Source of the DNA: Amoebidium appalachense
Lineage: Eukaryota; Protista; Ichthyosporea
NCBI GenBank assembly: GCA_963693365.1
Contig: CAVNZM010000019.1
Location: 322,130 to 386,129, forward strand
DNA length: 64,000 nt
Direction: 5' to 3'
Shown: positions 28,891-40,059 of the stretch, in pieces
How positions within the stretch are numbered: the stretch's first letter is position 1
How the letters are laid out: each line of letters opens with the position of its first letter
Program-made: the position numbers and the translations under genes
Notes under the pieces: generated by a model
Seen by the model: the letters and a program-made list of their open reading frames with translations, nothing else
What the model was told of the DNA's origin: nothing
Databases searched by the model: none

Positions 28891-29922
28891 TCACTTAAGA
28901 AGAGAGGCGAATACACGTGTGGTGGTGGCAGCAATGGAGGCCGGACGAAGTCGGGTATAGATCAGGAAGCAGTCGGAGGACCACCGGCCGAGTTGTTTGA
29001 TCCGGGAGTCGTCGACCCCGGCCTCAGCCAGTGCTGTGGCCCCCCCGATGCGGAGGCTGTGTCCGGCAAACCGGGAGGGTGAGAGGCCTGCCCGGGAGAG
29101 GAGGGCACGGAAATCGGCAGAGAAAGCACTCTTGGTGTAGGGGATGCCACCGAGACTGAAGAGGGGGTCGTCGGGTTGACCGGACGTTGTATCCAGGAAC
29201 TGCCGGAGGAGATGGGCTGGGGAGAAGTGGGTGAGGGGCAGGGCAGCTAGGGTGACGTTGACACCTCGGGCCTGTACATCCGTCTTAGAGGTTGGCAGGT
29301 GGAGGGTGGCATGGGACAAAGTACCGGTGGGGGTGTAGCTGAAGGTCACGTCCTTCCGTTTAACGTGACGGGACGGGTCGAAAGAAGTCAGGGTCTTGGA
29401 GGTAAATTCCCCTGAACGGAGGAGACCACAGAAACCGACGATGAGGGCCGTCCATAGCCGGAGATTGGCCGAGGAGGCCTTGGTGGGGCACTGGCCATGG
29501 AGTAGGCGGAGGTGGGAGGGGAGGAGGGGTTCCCTGGTGGATGAGCGGGGTCGGATGTTGTGAGAAAGCTGCCATCGGCCTACCCCCCGTAGGAACCAGG
29601 CCAGAGACTTGTCGTGGGGGTAGGGAGCAGGGAGGCCCATGTCGAGGTGGAGCCTGGTGATGGCCGAATTGTAGCCGGTTAAGGAAGAGGCCTGTACCCC
29701 TCGTTGGGCACACCAGGCGAGAAAAAGTTGCACGGTGTGTGGGGAGGCCGGGAGGGAGGACCCGGAGGAGGATTGCAGCCGAGATGCCACACAGAAATCG
29801 ATGAACACTTTTTGCACCCGGGAGTAAAAGGCCCGAGAGTCGAGGTTGAGACTCAGGGCCTGGCATTCCTGCAGGGTAGTGGTGGCTCGAAGCAGCTCGG
29901 CCGGAGCAAAGTGGGGGGCCAA
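28891..29922 (-). CDS. Tyrosine recombinase of the retrotransposon
   Basis: Catalytic motifs FCGLLRSGEF (R), TSKTD (K), GHSLRIGGAT (HxxR) and LGRWSSDCFLIY (W, Y); start uncertain. Confidence 0.95.
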   Translation of the reverse strand: MAPHFAPAELLRATTTLQECQALSLNLDSRAFYSRVQKVFIDFCVASRLQSSSGSSLPASPHTVQLFLAWCAQRGVQASSLTGYNSAITRLHLDMGLPAPYPHDKSLAWFLRGVGRWQLSHNIRPRSSTREPLLPSHLRLLHGQCPTKASSANLRLWTALIVGFCGLLRSGEFTSKTLTSFDPSRHVKRKDVTFSYTPTGTLSHATLHLPTSKTDVQARGVNVTLAALPLTHFSPAHLLRQFLDTTSGQPDDPLFSLGGIPYTKSAFSADFRALLSRAGLSPSRFAGHSLRIGGATALAEAGVDDSRIKQLGRWSSDCFLIYTRLRPASIAATTTRVFASLLK

Positions 29923-29953
29923 TCTGCCAGTGTTGCTCCGGAACGGGAGATCT

Positions 29954-29990
<37 letters not shown>

Positions 29991-29993
<3 letters not shown>

Positions 29994-31643
29994 GCCCAAG
30001 GGAAGGGATAGGAACTCGTGGACCCAGGAGGGGAAGGGGCAGGGCTCCGGTTGCAGGGAAGGTCGGAGTCGTCGGGCCCGGGGAAGTTGGTTACGAGAAA
30101 TGGCATCGGCCAGATGGTTGAGGGGTCCTGGTAGGTAGGATGCCTGTAACGTAAATTGGTATTGCATTTCCATGCGGGTGATGAACCGAAGAAGTTTGGC
30201 CATCACGGGGTGGGGGGAAGACCGGGAGTGCAGGTCAGACACAGCACCCGTGTTGTCGCATAAAATACGGACATGGTGGGTGGACCAGGAGGGGGCCCAG
30301 AGGGCCACGGCGGCTGCGATGGCCAGGAGTTCGATGACGGAAGAACCGAGTTTGCCCTCATGAGCATAGAGGGCTTGGGTGGAGGGGGACCAGGGCATGA
30401 AGAACCATTGGTCGAGCCAGTGGCCACCTAGACCCACCGATCCGGCAGCATCAGTGGCCAGGGTGGTGTATGTGGGGGGTGTGATGAGGTGCACCCCATT
30501 CCATGATGTGAGGAACTGGTGCCATTCGGCTATGTCGGCCCGCGCGGCAGCAGTCAGTCGTATGTGGTGGTGGCCGGCAAGGTGTGGGTGGGTTCGGAGA
30601 AGGGCCCATAGGCGCTGGGAGAAGGCCCTCCCGGGGGGAACCAGCTGGGCACACCAGGTGAGTTTGCCGAGGAGGGACTGGAGGTCCCGAATGGTGATGG
30701 TGGGTTTTGGGTGGGAAGTGAGGTCGAGTAGGTCCGAGAGCTTGGAAGCCGGGATTCGTGCCTCCATGGCGATGGAGTCGAATTCGATACCGATGAAGAC
30801 GACACGGGTAGCCGGGCCCTGCATCTTGTCTTCGGAGATGGCAATGTGCAGCTCTCGGCAGAGTTGCAGGAAGGTGGATAGGTGACGTTGGCACTGCTCT
30901 TGTGTGGGGGCGACTATAATCCAGTCGTCTACGTAGTGGCGGATGAGGGTAATACCGTGCTGGTGTGCCAGCCACTGTAGGGTGGCCGCGATCCGTTCCC
31001 AGATGGCTGGGCTAGATTTCAGGCCGAAGGGCAGTCTGGTTTCAACGTAAAAATGCCCTTGCCATTTGAATGCCATTAAGTGGTGGTCTTCCGGTCGGAT
31101 GGGCATGTGCCGGAAGGCAGCCTGCACATCTGCCACGGCCATGTAGCAGCCGGGGCCTGCGTCGAAAATGAGTTGGGTGACATCCCGGGCGCGAATGTAC
31201 TGAAGTTCGTCGGGGTAGGTGATGCTGTCATTGACACTGCTACCCCGGGGCCAGGAGAGGTGGTGGATTCGACGGTACTTGGGGGGGTTCCCTTTCTTGG
31301 TAACGGCGCCGATGGGGGAGGAACGGTGGACGGGAAATTCGTCAAAGAATTGGGCCGGGGAGAGGGGGCCGCGCAGGTGGCCGAGGGCGACTTCTTTGGC
31401 AATATCCACCGTGATAGCGGCAGCTGCCTCCGGGGTGGTGGGTAGGTTGGGGCCCACCCGAGAGGTGGAGGGGCCGCGATAGCCGATGTCGACGCCGAAT
31501 TCGACATCGTGGAGGAGTTGTGCGGCGAATGGTTGGTCCGGGTAGGAGGCCAGCAGTTCCCGGAGGCGGGAGGTGTCAATGTGGTGCTGGGGCAGCGGGC
31601 GGGCCACCGGGTCTGAGCCTCGGGGGAAGGGGGTGGTTAGCAA
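29991..31643 (-). CDS. pol: Reverse transcriptase / RNase H
   Basis: KYRRIHHLS, DVQAAFRH, LPFGLKSSP, HYVDD; RNase H motifs TDAA, IELLA, CDN, NHLADAISR. Confidence 0.96.
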
Positions 31644-31674
31644 GGGTGGTGTGCCCTTGGGGAGATCCCGGCAG

Positions 31675-31722
<48 letters not shown>

Positions 31723-32116
31723 CAGGGCCCCGGGGGTTAGAGTAGGGCAGCTGGGCCCAAGTGAGGGTTGGCAGGGAGGGCAGCGGGGCCCTGTGCAGGG
31801 GAATGTGCCCGAGCACGCGGGGGTGTGGGCGGACACAGCGGTAGAAGAAGGGGGGGGGGGGGGGAGGGAGTGCTAGGTGAGTGTAAGGGGGGGGAGGCTC
31901 GTGGGATGGGGGGGGGAGTAAAATTATGTGCAGTGGCCAGAATAAACGTCTTTGTGTAGGGACATTTATTCGTGACGCGCGCGGGCGCCGTAGTTGGCCT
32001 GCGAAATTTTGTACTCAGCCCTATTGGCCCGTTCTCCCGAGCTCCGTTTCCCTGTACTCGTGTGTCCTAGCTCCTAACCCCTATGTTCTAGCTGTGTGTG
32101 TGGGTGTGCGCGTAGA

Positions 32117-33286
32117 CTAGGCATTGTGCTTGCAGTCTTTGCGGGGGTGTGTGCCAGAGCAGAGCGGGCACACGTGGGAGAAGGGGCAGGGCTGCTTAGC
32201 GCAGGACCGACCGTTAATGTGGAAATTCCTGCAGTGCGTCGCGGGTAGATCCACGGGTCGGGCCGGTTTTGCCGGGCCGGGTTGCGGGCCAGGGCGGTTC
32301 GGGGTGTGACCCCCGCCGGGCTTGTGGGGCGGCTTAAAGCCGTCAAGACCACAGCCGGGCTTGGGGTACATGGGGCAGGCCGCGCTGGGGTGGTCGGGGA
32401 AGCCACAGCGCTGACATGCGTCCGGGATGAGCAGAGTGGGTGGCAGGAGGAGATCCTGGTGGAGTTGGGCGAGCAGGTTGGGGCACTCGATCGGAGCCCG
32501 ACCCTGCTGGTGGGCAACGGTGCGGGCGTATACGTCATAGTTGTGGATCTGGGCCCACGGGTATCGGGTGCTGAGGCGAGTGATGTGCTGAGTCCAAAGT
32601 ACGTCTTTGTCCGTGGGAAGGCCGAGGTGGTGCTTGGCGGCCATGTAATGGGTCCAAGCTTGGATCCAAATGACGAGTGAACGCAGGGGAACGGGTTTGT
32701 CTTGGCGAAAAGTCTCGATGCTGCCGTCGTCGGCCATGCGCAGATGCTGACCTTTCTTGGATGGGGCCAGGAGGGCGGCGGGGGTGAACTTATACAGATC
32801 GACGAAACGATTGGCGCGCAAATCTGCCAGCACATCCGCGGGGGGAAGCGGGAGTGTGCCCGGCTGAATGTCGCCAGTGTTCTCACCTGTGATGGGGGGC
32901 GCGGGCAGGGCAGGTAGGTCTAGGTCAGGGCCGAGATGCAGCCCCGGGGAAACCTCCCCGGGTGTGGAGGGCGCGGCGGGGGGCGCGGGAGGGTCGCGGT
33001 TGGTGAGAGCAGCCAGGACGCCAGCCATCTGGGTGCTGATGGCGGTGAGGGCGGCCAGGACGGCGTCTTGAGAAGTCATCTGCGGGGACGGCGGGGCCTG
33101 AGGGGGAACTTCAGGAGTGGAGGGGAGAGTAGCCGGCGGGTCCGGGTCCGTGGTGGTATGGGCCGCTGGAGGCGCGTCAGTGTCCGCGGGAGCGTTGGTC
33201 AGCCTGTGGCGGAGGTCGCTGCGGGTCAGGCGCTTAGGTGCCGCGGCAGGGGCGGCGGCTGAGGCCTGGCGCTTTTTCGGCGGCAT
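32117..33286 (-). CDS. gag: Gag-like protein with a C-terminal Cys/His zinc finger
   Basis: First ORF after repeat A1; YDVYAR helix, CQRCGFPDHPSAAC knuckle and CRNF…C…CPFSHVCPLCSGTHPRKDC finger. Confidence 0.85.
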   Translation of the reverse strand: MPPKKRQASAAAPAAAPKRLTRSDLRHRLTNAPADTDAPPAAHTTTDPDPPATLPSTPEVPPQAPPSPQMTSQDAVLAALTAISTQMAGVLAALTNRDPPAPPAAPSTPGEVSPGLHLGPDLDLPALPAPPITGENTGDIQPGTLPLPPADVLADLRANRFVDLYKFTPAALLAPSKKGQHLRMADDGSIETFRQDKPVPLRSLVIWIQAWTHYMAAKHHLGLPTDKDVLWTQHITRLSTRYPWAQIHNYDVYARTVAHQQGRAPIECPNLLAQLHQDLLLPPTLLIPDACQRCGFPDHPSAACPMYPKPGCGLDGFKPPHKPGGGHTPNRPGPQPGPAKPARPVDLPATHCRNFHINGRSCAKQPCPFSHVCPLCSGTHPRKDCKHNA

Positions 33287-34101
33287 GCTGACCGGCGTAG
33301 GGAAAGATAGGGAGAATGAAAAGGAATATATAGCTGTAAGGCTGTGGATGCTAAACACAGAAGATGTGTTTGTAGCTTGCTGATCTGCTAAAAACTGTCG
33401 TGCTTATATACCTAAGCCTACCGATCTGAGCCAATCAAAAATCGATCTAGTGATATGTGAAATCTGATCCGAGCCAATCATAACTCGGTCTAGTGATCTG
33501 TGGTATCTGATGTTTTGACTGGCTAATAGGTGCCCGTGTGCGGGCAGCCAACCGCTAACTGCTAAAACACGAAATGAAGCCTACATGGTTGTGTTGGTAT
33601 CGAACACCCATCCTACGTGTTTACCCAGAAAAATATTTATGTCAATAATTTCCACAAATAAAACCGCATGGGCGTCTGCCTGGTGCAGAAGGCCGAGCTG
33701 GAGCTTGTGTTTGGTGACCAGCTGGACAAGTACGCACAGACCACCCTGGACAAGTTTATGGCCTAACCTATCTGTTTTAATTTAGTGTTGTGAAGTTGTT
33801 TTGGTGTAGTTCAGTGTATATGGGATATATTTCATTGGTGTGTGTGTGTATGTTGGTGCATGTAGCGCCGAATAAATATACATGCAAAGTACTACTTCCC
33901 GCGTGTGGAGTCCCCCCCCCAACCCAAATTGTGAGTAACTACAGAGATGGATTTGTCATCAGAATATACCCGTTGTGAGAGATGTGTATTAAGCCCATCA
34001 AAGTCGCATTGGGTCCTGGGATTTGTATAAAAGTCGGATGCGAAACACGGTAGTCACATACTTGAACACCAACGATACGTTCATTTGCAATTAAAGCAAC
34101 C

Positions 34102-34726
34102 ATGGCTTCCACCTACGCCATCTACGAGCGCCTCAACATCACCGGCGCCCGAGAGGCCGGCTTCCCTCCCATCTCCCCCGAGCTCGAGCGCCTGCTGGGC
34201 ACCGTGGGGGATGACGTGGTGGCGAAGATGTTGCGCTTCCTCGACCCGTTCCTGCTGGACAGCACCGAGACCATCTCCGGGCGCGCCGTGTACACGCTGC
34301 TGGGGTATGGCAACTACAACGAGTTTGTGCGCGCCATGTTCAGGGGTCGTGATAAAGTTCCTGCCGTGGTGTCGATCGGCAACTACTGTGCCGTTGAGAT
34401 GGAGGTGTGTTCAGAATCTGTGCTTTGACAAGCAGTAACTATTGGGCTGTCAATTGTCTGATTGGTTGTGTGACGTCATAAATGTAAGCCAGTTGTGTGA
34501 CGTCATAAATTGGCTTTCAATTGTCTGATTGGTTGTGTGACGTCATAATTGTCAGCCAGTTGGGCTGTCAATTGTCTGATTGGTTGTGTGACGTCACTGA
34601 CAATACGAACACCTTTCCACGCAGACTTCCGGACTGGGTCGTCGTACGTATGACCACCTCCTGACGTCCAAGGGGTTTCGTATGGCATCTTCATCCTCCA
34701 GCACCTTACTGGGGCACACTGTGTAA
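34102..34726 (+). CDS. Short spliced MASTY-family member (exon 1 34102-34404, exon 2 34625-34726), DNA-binding domain only, ~134 aa
   Basis: Donor GAG|GTGTGT, branch CACTGAC, acceptor CCACGCAG|ACT giving TSGLGRRTYDHLLTSKGFRMASSSSSTLLGHTV*; TATA upstream; the intron holds CCAAT/CRE repeats. Confidence 0.65.
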
Positions 34727-35404
34727 CCATGTGAAAGTCGGCATAGATCTCATACGAGCACGTTTCGTTGCATGTACACAACCCCGTCAGATCCAGTACA
34801 AGGTGCAGGGGCTATTACGACAGGTGGGGCCCAGGTGGTTGCCCGGGGGGGTTGTCGGACGCCGCAGAAGAGGGTACCGTTGGTACCTGTCATGCCTATT
34901 TGTATAGAAAAGAATTGGTGACTCGATTTGTTGCTATAGCGGTATAATTGAAATTCCCGGCAGCTGCCGGGAAATGTTCGATTTGCTCTAAGGGTATCGA
35001 GTGACGTCGCTGGAAAAGTTCATTCCAACACTTTCATAAGCTCGCGTCTGATTGGGCTCGGCTGGTCAAGATCGATTGGTCACGTACTCAGGCTTTTAGA
35101 TGCCCATGGTCGTTGTGTAAAACACGCAAAAAGCACGTAGAATGCACAAAAAAACAAGGATTAATATGTTTGATTACCGTGTATATACTAAAGATTGATA
35201 TCACGAATGTTTTGGTGAAATGGGGCCTTTGTTTCGGCCTGTACGCGGCAGCAATTTCTCTCCGTGAGCCTGGAATGCTTCTAGCGACTTCTGCGTGTAG
35301 CGCCCCGTTTCATTGGCGCGCGGGCCTATATAAACCGACTCTGCCACCGTTGCAGCACCAGTCTGCACACGCACACTTGCCGAACACATCCAAACAACAC
35401 AACC

Positions 35405-37301
35405 ATGGCTTCCACCTACGCCATCTACGAGCGCCTCAACATCACCGGCGCCCGCGAGGCCGGCTTCCCTCCCATCTCCCCCGAGCTCGAGCGCCTGCTG
35501 GGCACCGTGGGCGACGACGTGGTGGTCAAAGTGCTGCGGTTCCTCAACCCATTCCTGTTCGACAGCACCGAGACCATCTCCGGGCGCGCCGTGTTCAAGC
35601 TGCTGGGGTACTGGAGGTACAATGACTTCGTGAGAGCCATGTTCAAGGGGCAGAATGGTGTTCCTGCTGCGATGCCTGCCCACCAGTACCGGGTGGTTGA
35701 GAAGGTGAGTTGTTGAGGTATTCGTTGAGTTTTGCTATATCGCATTCCCCGGGCTCTATGGAAACGGAGATTCCAAACCTCAGTAGACAGCCAACGACGT
35801 CTGCGTAATAGCTGGGTGGCGCCTCTCCAAAGAGATGGATTCTTCTTGTGTGCTTTGGAAATTCCAACCCGTACACCAAAATTTGTCCGAGTGCACCTTT
35901 CCAACCACGAATATGTTTCACTTCGATTACATCTTTATCGGTTACGAGATCAATCTCCCCACGTGCTATTCGTTGCTTTTTCCCGCCCTCTCGTTGTTGC
36001 AGCCGCAGGCGAACAATTTCTTCCGCTTGTTTGCCTGGTGGTTTGAAGCTTTTTACAATTGTTTCAAAAGCTTGGCGTGTAAACTGGTAAGCAATTCTTG
36101 GCCGCCCCCCGGTTGATGGCATGGCATTGCTTCGGTAATCCTTGTTGTTTTTCCATTTATTTCGGATAATCGCTCTTCTTATGGCCTCATGCGCCCTTCC
36201 CCATGTAAGGTTTAGCTCGCTCATCCATCTTTCGCTGTTATAGGGGTTATCCATCGTTGTAGGGCTCCATATATGACCCGAAAAAAAAGGACTCACCACT
36301 AACCTTGTTGTCCACAGAGCATCGGTGGCCGTACCGAACAAGATCACCTTTTGAAGCCAGAGGGCTTTCGGATGGCCTCTATCATGGCCTCGGATGCGAA
36401 CTCGGGCTGGCTTGCTCGCGATTTCCGTATGCTGGCGCTTGACATCGAGAAGGGGTTTGTGCGTCTCATGCGCAACTTCAACGACGGGAAGTACACGGCC
36501 TTCTTGGCAACTCTTGCCGCCGCAGAGGCCGCTGCAGCGGAGGCTCGTGCAACCCTTGGGAGTGACATGCCACTTGAACCCAAACAGGCCGCCGAGGCCG
36601 CACAGGACGAGGCGCTCGCGCCCCTGGTCGCCGCCCTCGAACGCGTCAAGCTGGGGCCGCAGTCAGCCGATGCCAACTACGTTGACAACACCGACTTCCG
36701 GCGCCTGGTTCGGGCGTTCATCTCCACATGTGTGGGGACGTTGGAAGGCCACGAAGTGCGTTGTGCCGGCAAGTACACAAGTATGGTGATGGCCGTAACC
36801 GGTGTGTGCGTGCTGTTCCCGGCCAACGTGCTATCGGTTGCCGCCGCAACCAACGGGCTGCAGCGCGCCATCAAGGAGCGCATCCGCCTGTGGACCGGAC
36901 ACGAGCTGACCTGCTGGATGGAAATGACCACGCAGCAGCTCTACACATTTATGAACAACTTTGTGGGCTGGTACGTCGGCTTCTGCAGGGGACAGCTGTT
37001 CCAGTCCACCCTTGACGACAAGGTGGTGGTCCCCACAGACATCGGGGTGCCCATTGAGATGGCCGTCTGGCTGGGCGCCATCCAGGACAAGTTCCCCGAC
37101 ATCCGCCCCCTGGACCTCGGGCGCACTGTCAGCCTCGACGCACCCCTGGCCGATCGCGGCGAGCAGCTCAAGGGGCAGACACAGCTGGACGTGTTCGTGC
37201 AGCGCGGGCGGCTGGGGCGTAAGCGCAAGGTCGCGCACCTGCAGAAGCCCGAGGGGCCTGTCGATGTTGTTGTGATCGCGGACAGTGATAGCGATGAATG
37301 A
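35405..37301 (+). CDS. Spliced MSV199/AntA-like gene (exon 1 35405-35704, exon 2 36318-37301); inverted paralog of 7321-9211
   Basis: AAG|GTGAGT donor, CACTAAC branch, TCCACAG|AGC acceptor, in frame with ORF 36351..37301; CCAAT (cattgg) and TATA (ctatataaa) upstream. Confidence 0.8.
35643..36254 (-). CDS. Intron-nested antisense PD-(D/E)XK nuclease
   Basis: GEIDLVTDKDVIEVKHIRGWKGALGQILVY; fills intron 35705-36317 and ends antisense within host exon 1. Confidence 0.8.
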   Translation of the reverse strand: MDNPYNSERWMSELNLTWGRAHEAIRRAIIRNKWKNNKDYRSNAMPSTGGRPRIAYQFTRQAFETIVKSFKPPGKQAEEIVRLRLQQREGGKKQRIARGEIDLVTDKDVIEVKHIRGWKGALGQILVYGLEFPKHTRRIHLFGEAPPSYYADVVGCLLRFGISVSIEPGECDIAKLNEYLNNSPSQPPGTGGQASQQEHHSAP

Positions 37302-37335
37302 TGGGAGGTGCTATGCCGGGCGTGTTGGGGGTAGT

Positions 37336-37366
<31 letters not shown>

Positions 37367-37622
37367 GGGGGGGGTTAGAATCTGCCACATAGGCTTGTAT
37401 TGTCTTAATATCAATATCATAAAATTAGTTGCCTTGATTCATGTAAAATTCTAAATAAAGGTGACAACTTATGGAAGCTACCATGTCGGCCACGAACCCT
37501 CTTTTCATGAACATAGAAGTGTGTGTATGTGTGCGTGCCTAACCCTCAGACCTCCAAGATGTGACGCATACTGATTCCAGTCCAGCGAATGTGTGGGTGA
37601 CTTTTTATTTTACTCCAAAGGA

Positions 37623-39907
37623 ATGGGTGGGGGACAAAGCATACTGGAAGACGTGTCATGTGTCGACACAAAGGTTCGTTGTACTCGCTGGTCGGAGCTG
37701 GAATCCTGGATTCGCGAAACGTGCAGAGACAAAGATATCCCAGGTCAGCGGATCAAGCCCTGGTTGCAGAATGGCAGTATGTTGTCCGACGTACACGTGT
37801 TTGCAAACGGAAACGCGAACGGACCCTGCATCGCAAGCATGGTTGTTCTACATGTCGGCAGTCAGACCATACCCAAAGGGCCGTATCGCGTGCTTTCAAT
37901 AACCACCTACCGAAGCAGGGCGGATAACATCACCCAGTATGCCATCGCGCTGCTTGCTGGGGGCAGGGTATTCACTCTGCTTGTAAGTCCCGGGAGTGAG
38001 GTGCATACCACGCGCGAGTCGACTGTTAACATAGAGGGTAAGCTCTACATGAAACAACCCGTGCATGTGGGCCCCCCAGATTGGACTGGATCACTAGTTG
38101 TTGATGTCTGCAGCCGATGCTCCCCGGTTGACACCGCCGACGACGAAGCCGGCGTACCCGCGCCCGTGCCCGAGGACGACGAAGCCGGCGTACCCGCGCC
38201 CGTGCCCGATGACGGCCAAGCACGCCAACTCTGGCCGGACAGAGGAATGGTGTGTACAAACCCGGATTACGCAATTGTTCAGGAGACCATGTACGATCAT
38301 CTCGTCTACTGCGAGAATGTACTACAGGAGTACGAAAGCTTTCCCATTACCGATGGATTTCTTCACGATTCGAAAACACCAAATGCCTTTGCATGCGGTC
38401 TTATTAACGGCGTCGTGATGCGATTCATCAAGGGGGTTCAGATACCGGCTGAGGCAACCCTGACACCGTGTATCCGGCGCCCGGATGTAGTTTCTGGCAT
38501 CCTCTGCATGCCGTTGCTCTGTATTCGGTGTCGGCGGCCACCACAGATGACACGAACAAAACCTGTGTTGTGTACTGGGTGTCTGTGGACAATCCAGGCG
38601 ACAGGCGCATCCATGTGTCAATGTGCGCCGACCGAACGGCTATCGGACCTACGTCCGAGGTGTACGGTCAAACGGGTTACCTGCCAACTGACACTGGTAG
38701 GTTTACATGGGAGTTTGCCATGTGCAAGCGCCGCTCGGAAAAACGAGCGGGAGAAGATAGTGGAGATGAGACCCAGCGCGCGGCCAAGCGCGCGCGCATG
38801 CCAGATGAATCTCCTATGCCCGACAGCGAGGCAGGCGAACAGGAGGTCAGCTGGGTCGACGACCGTCAGTCTGCCGACGAACATCGGGTCAGCGGCGAGC
38901 CTCAGTCTGCCGACGAAGATGAGGTCAGCGGCGAGCCTCAGTCTGCCGACGAACATGAGGTCAGCGGCGAGCCTCAGTCTGCCGACGAAGATGAGGTCAG
39001 CGAGGCAGTACATTACCTGATTGAACAGGGGGTCGACGAGGCCGCAAACGCGATCGTGGACATCATGGAGCTCCTGCAGGATGCCAGCGGGTTTGATTTG
39101 CGCAGGGACGACATACTCGAGACAATAGCGTACCCTGCTGGTGCCGAAGGGTTTGGCGATCTGGAGCAGGCGCGCGCGGTAAAAATAACACGCGCCAGCA
39201 TCGATGTGGACCTCTATTCCACCCCCGACGCCCAACAATTCCGCAATATGTGGTATGAAGTCGAGTTTGCCAACGGGGACAGTGTATGGTACCCCTTCAA
39301 GGTTGTGTGGTTTGCAACCCAGCTCAGACCACTCTACGAGGACATGTTGACAAGGCCTGGAGAGACAGAGTTTTTGAGATTGTCTCTCCCTGGCCGTCGG
39401 CTACCACCACCCATCCTAAATGTGGAGCTACGGAAACAAGAAACTTCAGAATTTGCAAGAATTCATCTCAAACCTCGGGTATCAACCCAGGAGAGCCTCG
39501 ATTTGGACATGAGGGGTATTTATGCCGGTCAGTATATCAAAAATGGGCAGACAATCCTTGAGTACACTGGCGAGCTTGTGCCTGTCGGTACCTGGAAGGG
39601 GGTCAACAAATACACCATCCAGCTTGATGACAGTCATGTGCTTTCAGCACACAAGTGGAAGCTGCGGAACGAGGCACACACAATGCAAGTAGCGCCCCGG
39701 AGGCTCGTGACATTTTCCAACTGCAACCTGGTGGTCGACAACGATCGTGCATACGTGGTTGCTGCAGAAAATATCGAGGAAGGATCCGAGCTCGTTGTGC
39801 ACATGGATGTAGACGATGATGTTTGGAAGACAAAGGACTTGGGTGACACAATAATTGACCCCAAACCCCCGGCCGGTGAGGAACAAATATTTCAACAGAA
39901 TGACTAA
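37623..39907 (+). CDS. Protein with a C-terminal SET/PR-like domain; probably one gene with a frame break near 38450, or two genes
   Basis: RGIYAGQYIKNGQTILEYTGELV…NCNL…VVAAENIEEGSELVV is SET-like; N-terminal MGGGQS; acidic 12-aa repeats SGEPQSADE(D/H)EV; NLS-like AKRAR. Confidence 0.7.
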
Positions 39908-40059
39908 GATTCTAGTTATAGGTCTCGGTATTGTATTTGCAGACTTGCTTCGAGAATAAAAGATATAATCCATCATCTGAAACGGTTTTTAAGGACCGCA
40001 AAGTCTCTTAACACCTACCAGCGCGAGTCGGCCGCGTGAGTCCGTGTGAAGGTGTCTTC

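Larger units (their letters stand above)
28205..33664 (-). mobile_element. Full-length tyrosine-recombinase retrotransposon (DIRS order, Ngaro-like) with split direct repeats A1-gag-RT/RH-YR-B1-A2-spacer-B2
   Basis: Repeat A (348 bp) at 33317-33664 and 28425-28772; repeat B (90 bp) at 28773-28862 and 28205-28294; three open ORFs; no methyltransferase domain after RNase H; no target-site duplication. Confidence 0.93.
27000..33766 (+). pseudogene. MASTY-family gene (degenerate exon 1 ~27000-27270, exon 2 from 27579) interrupted by the Ngaro-type element
   Basis: Donor ATG|GTAAGC and acceptor CCCAG|AGCACTGGTGGGCGA (STGGRPMKDHLLNADGF). Removing 28205-33664 restores …LYAVLRVFA|RMGVCLVQKAELELVFGDQLDKYAQTTLDKFMA*. 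Confidence 0.7.

Noticed and set aside
28891-29922. Tyrosine recombinase as the integrase of the whole virus-like region
   Set aside because: It lies inside the split-repeat retrotransposon, whose removal restores a host gene.
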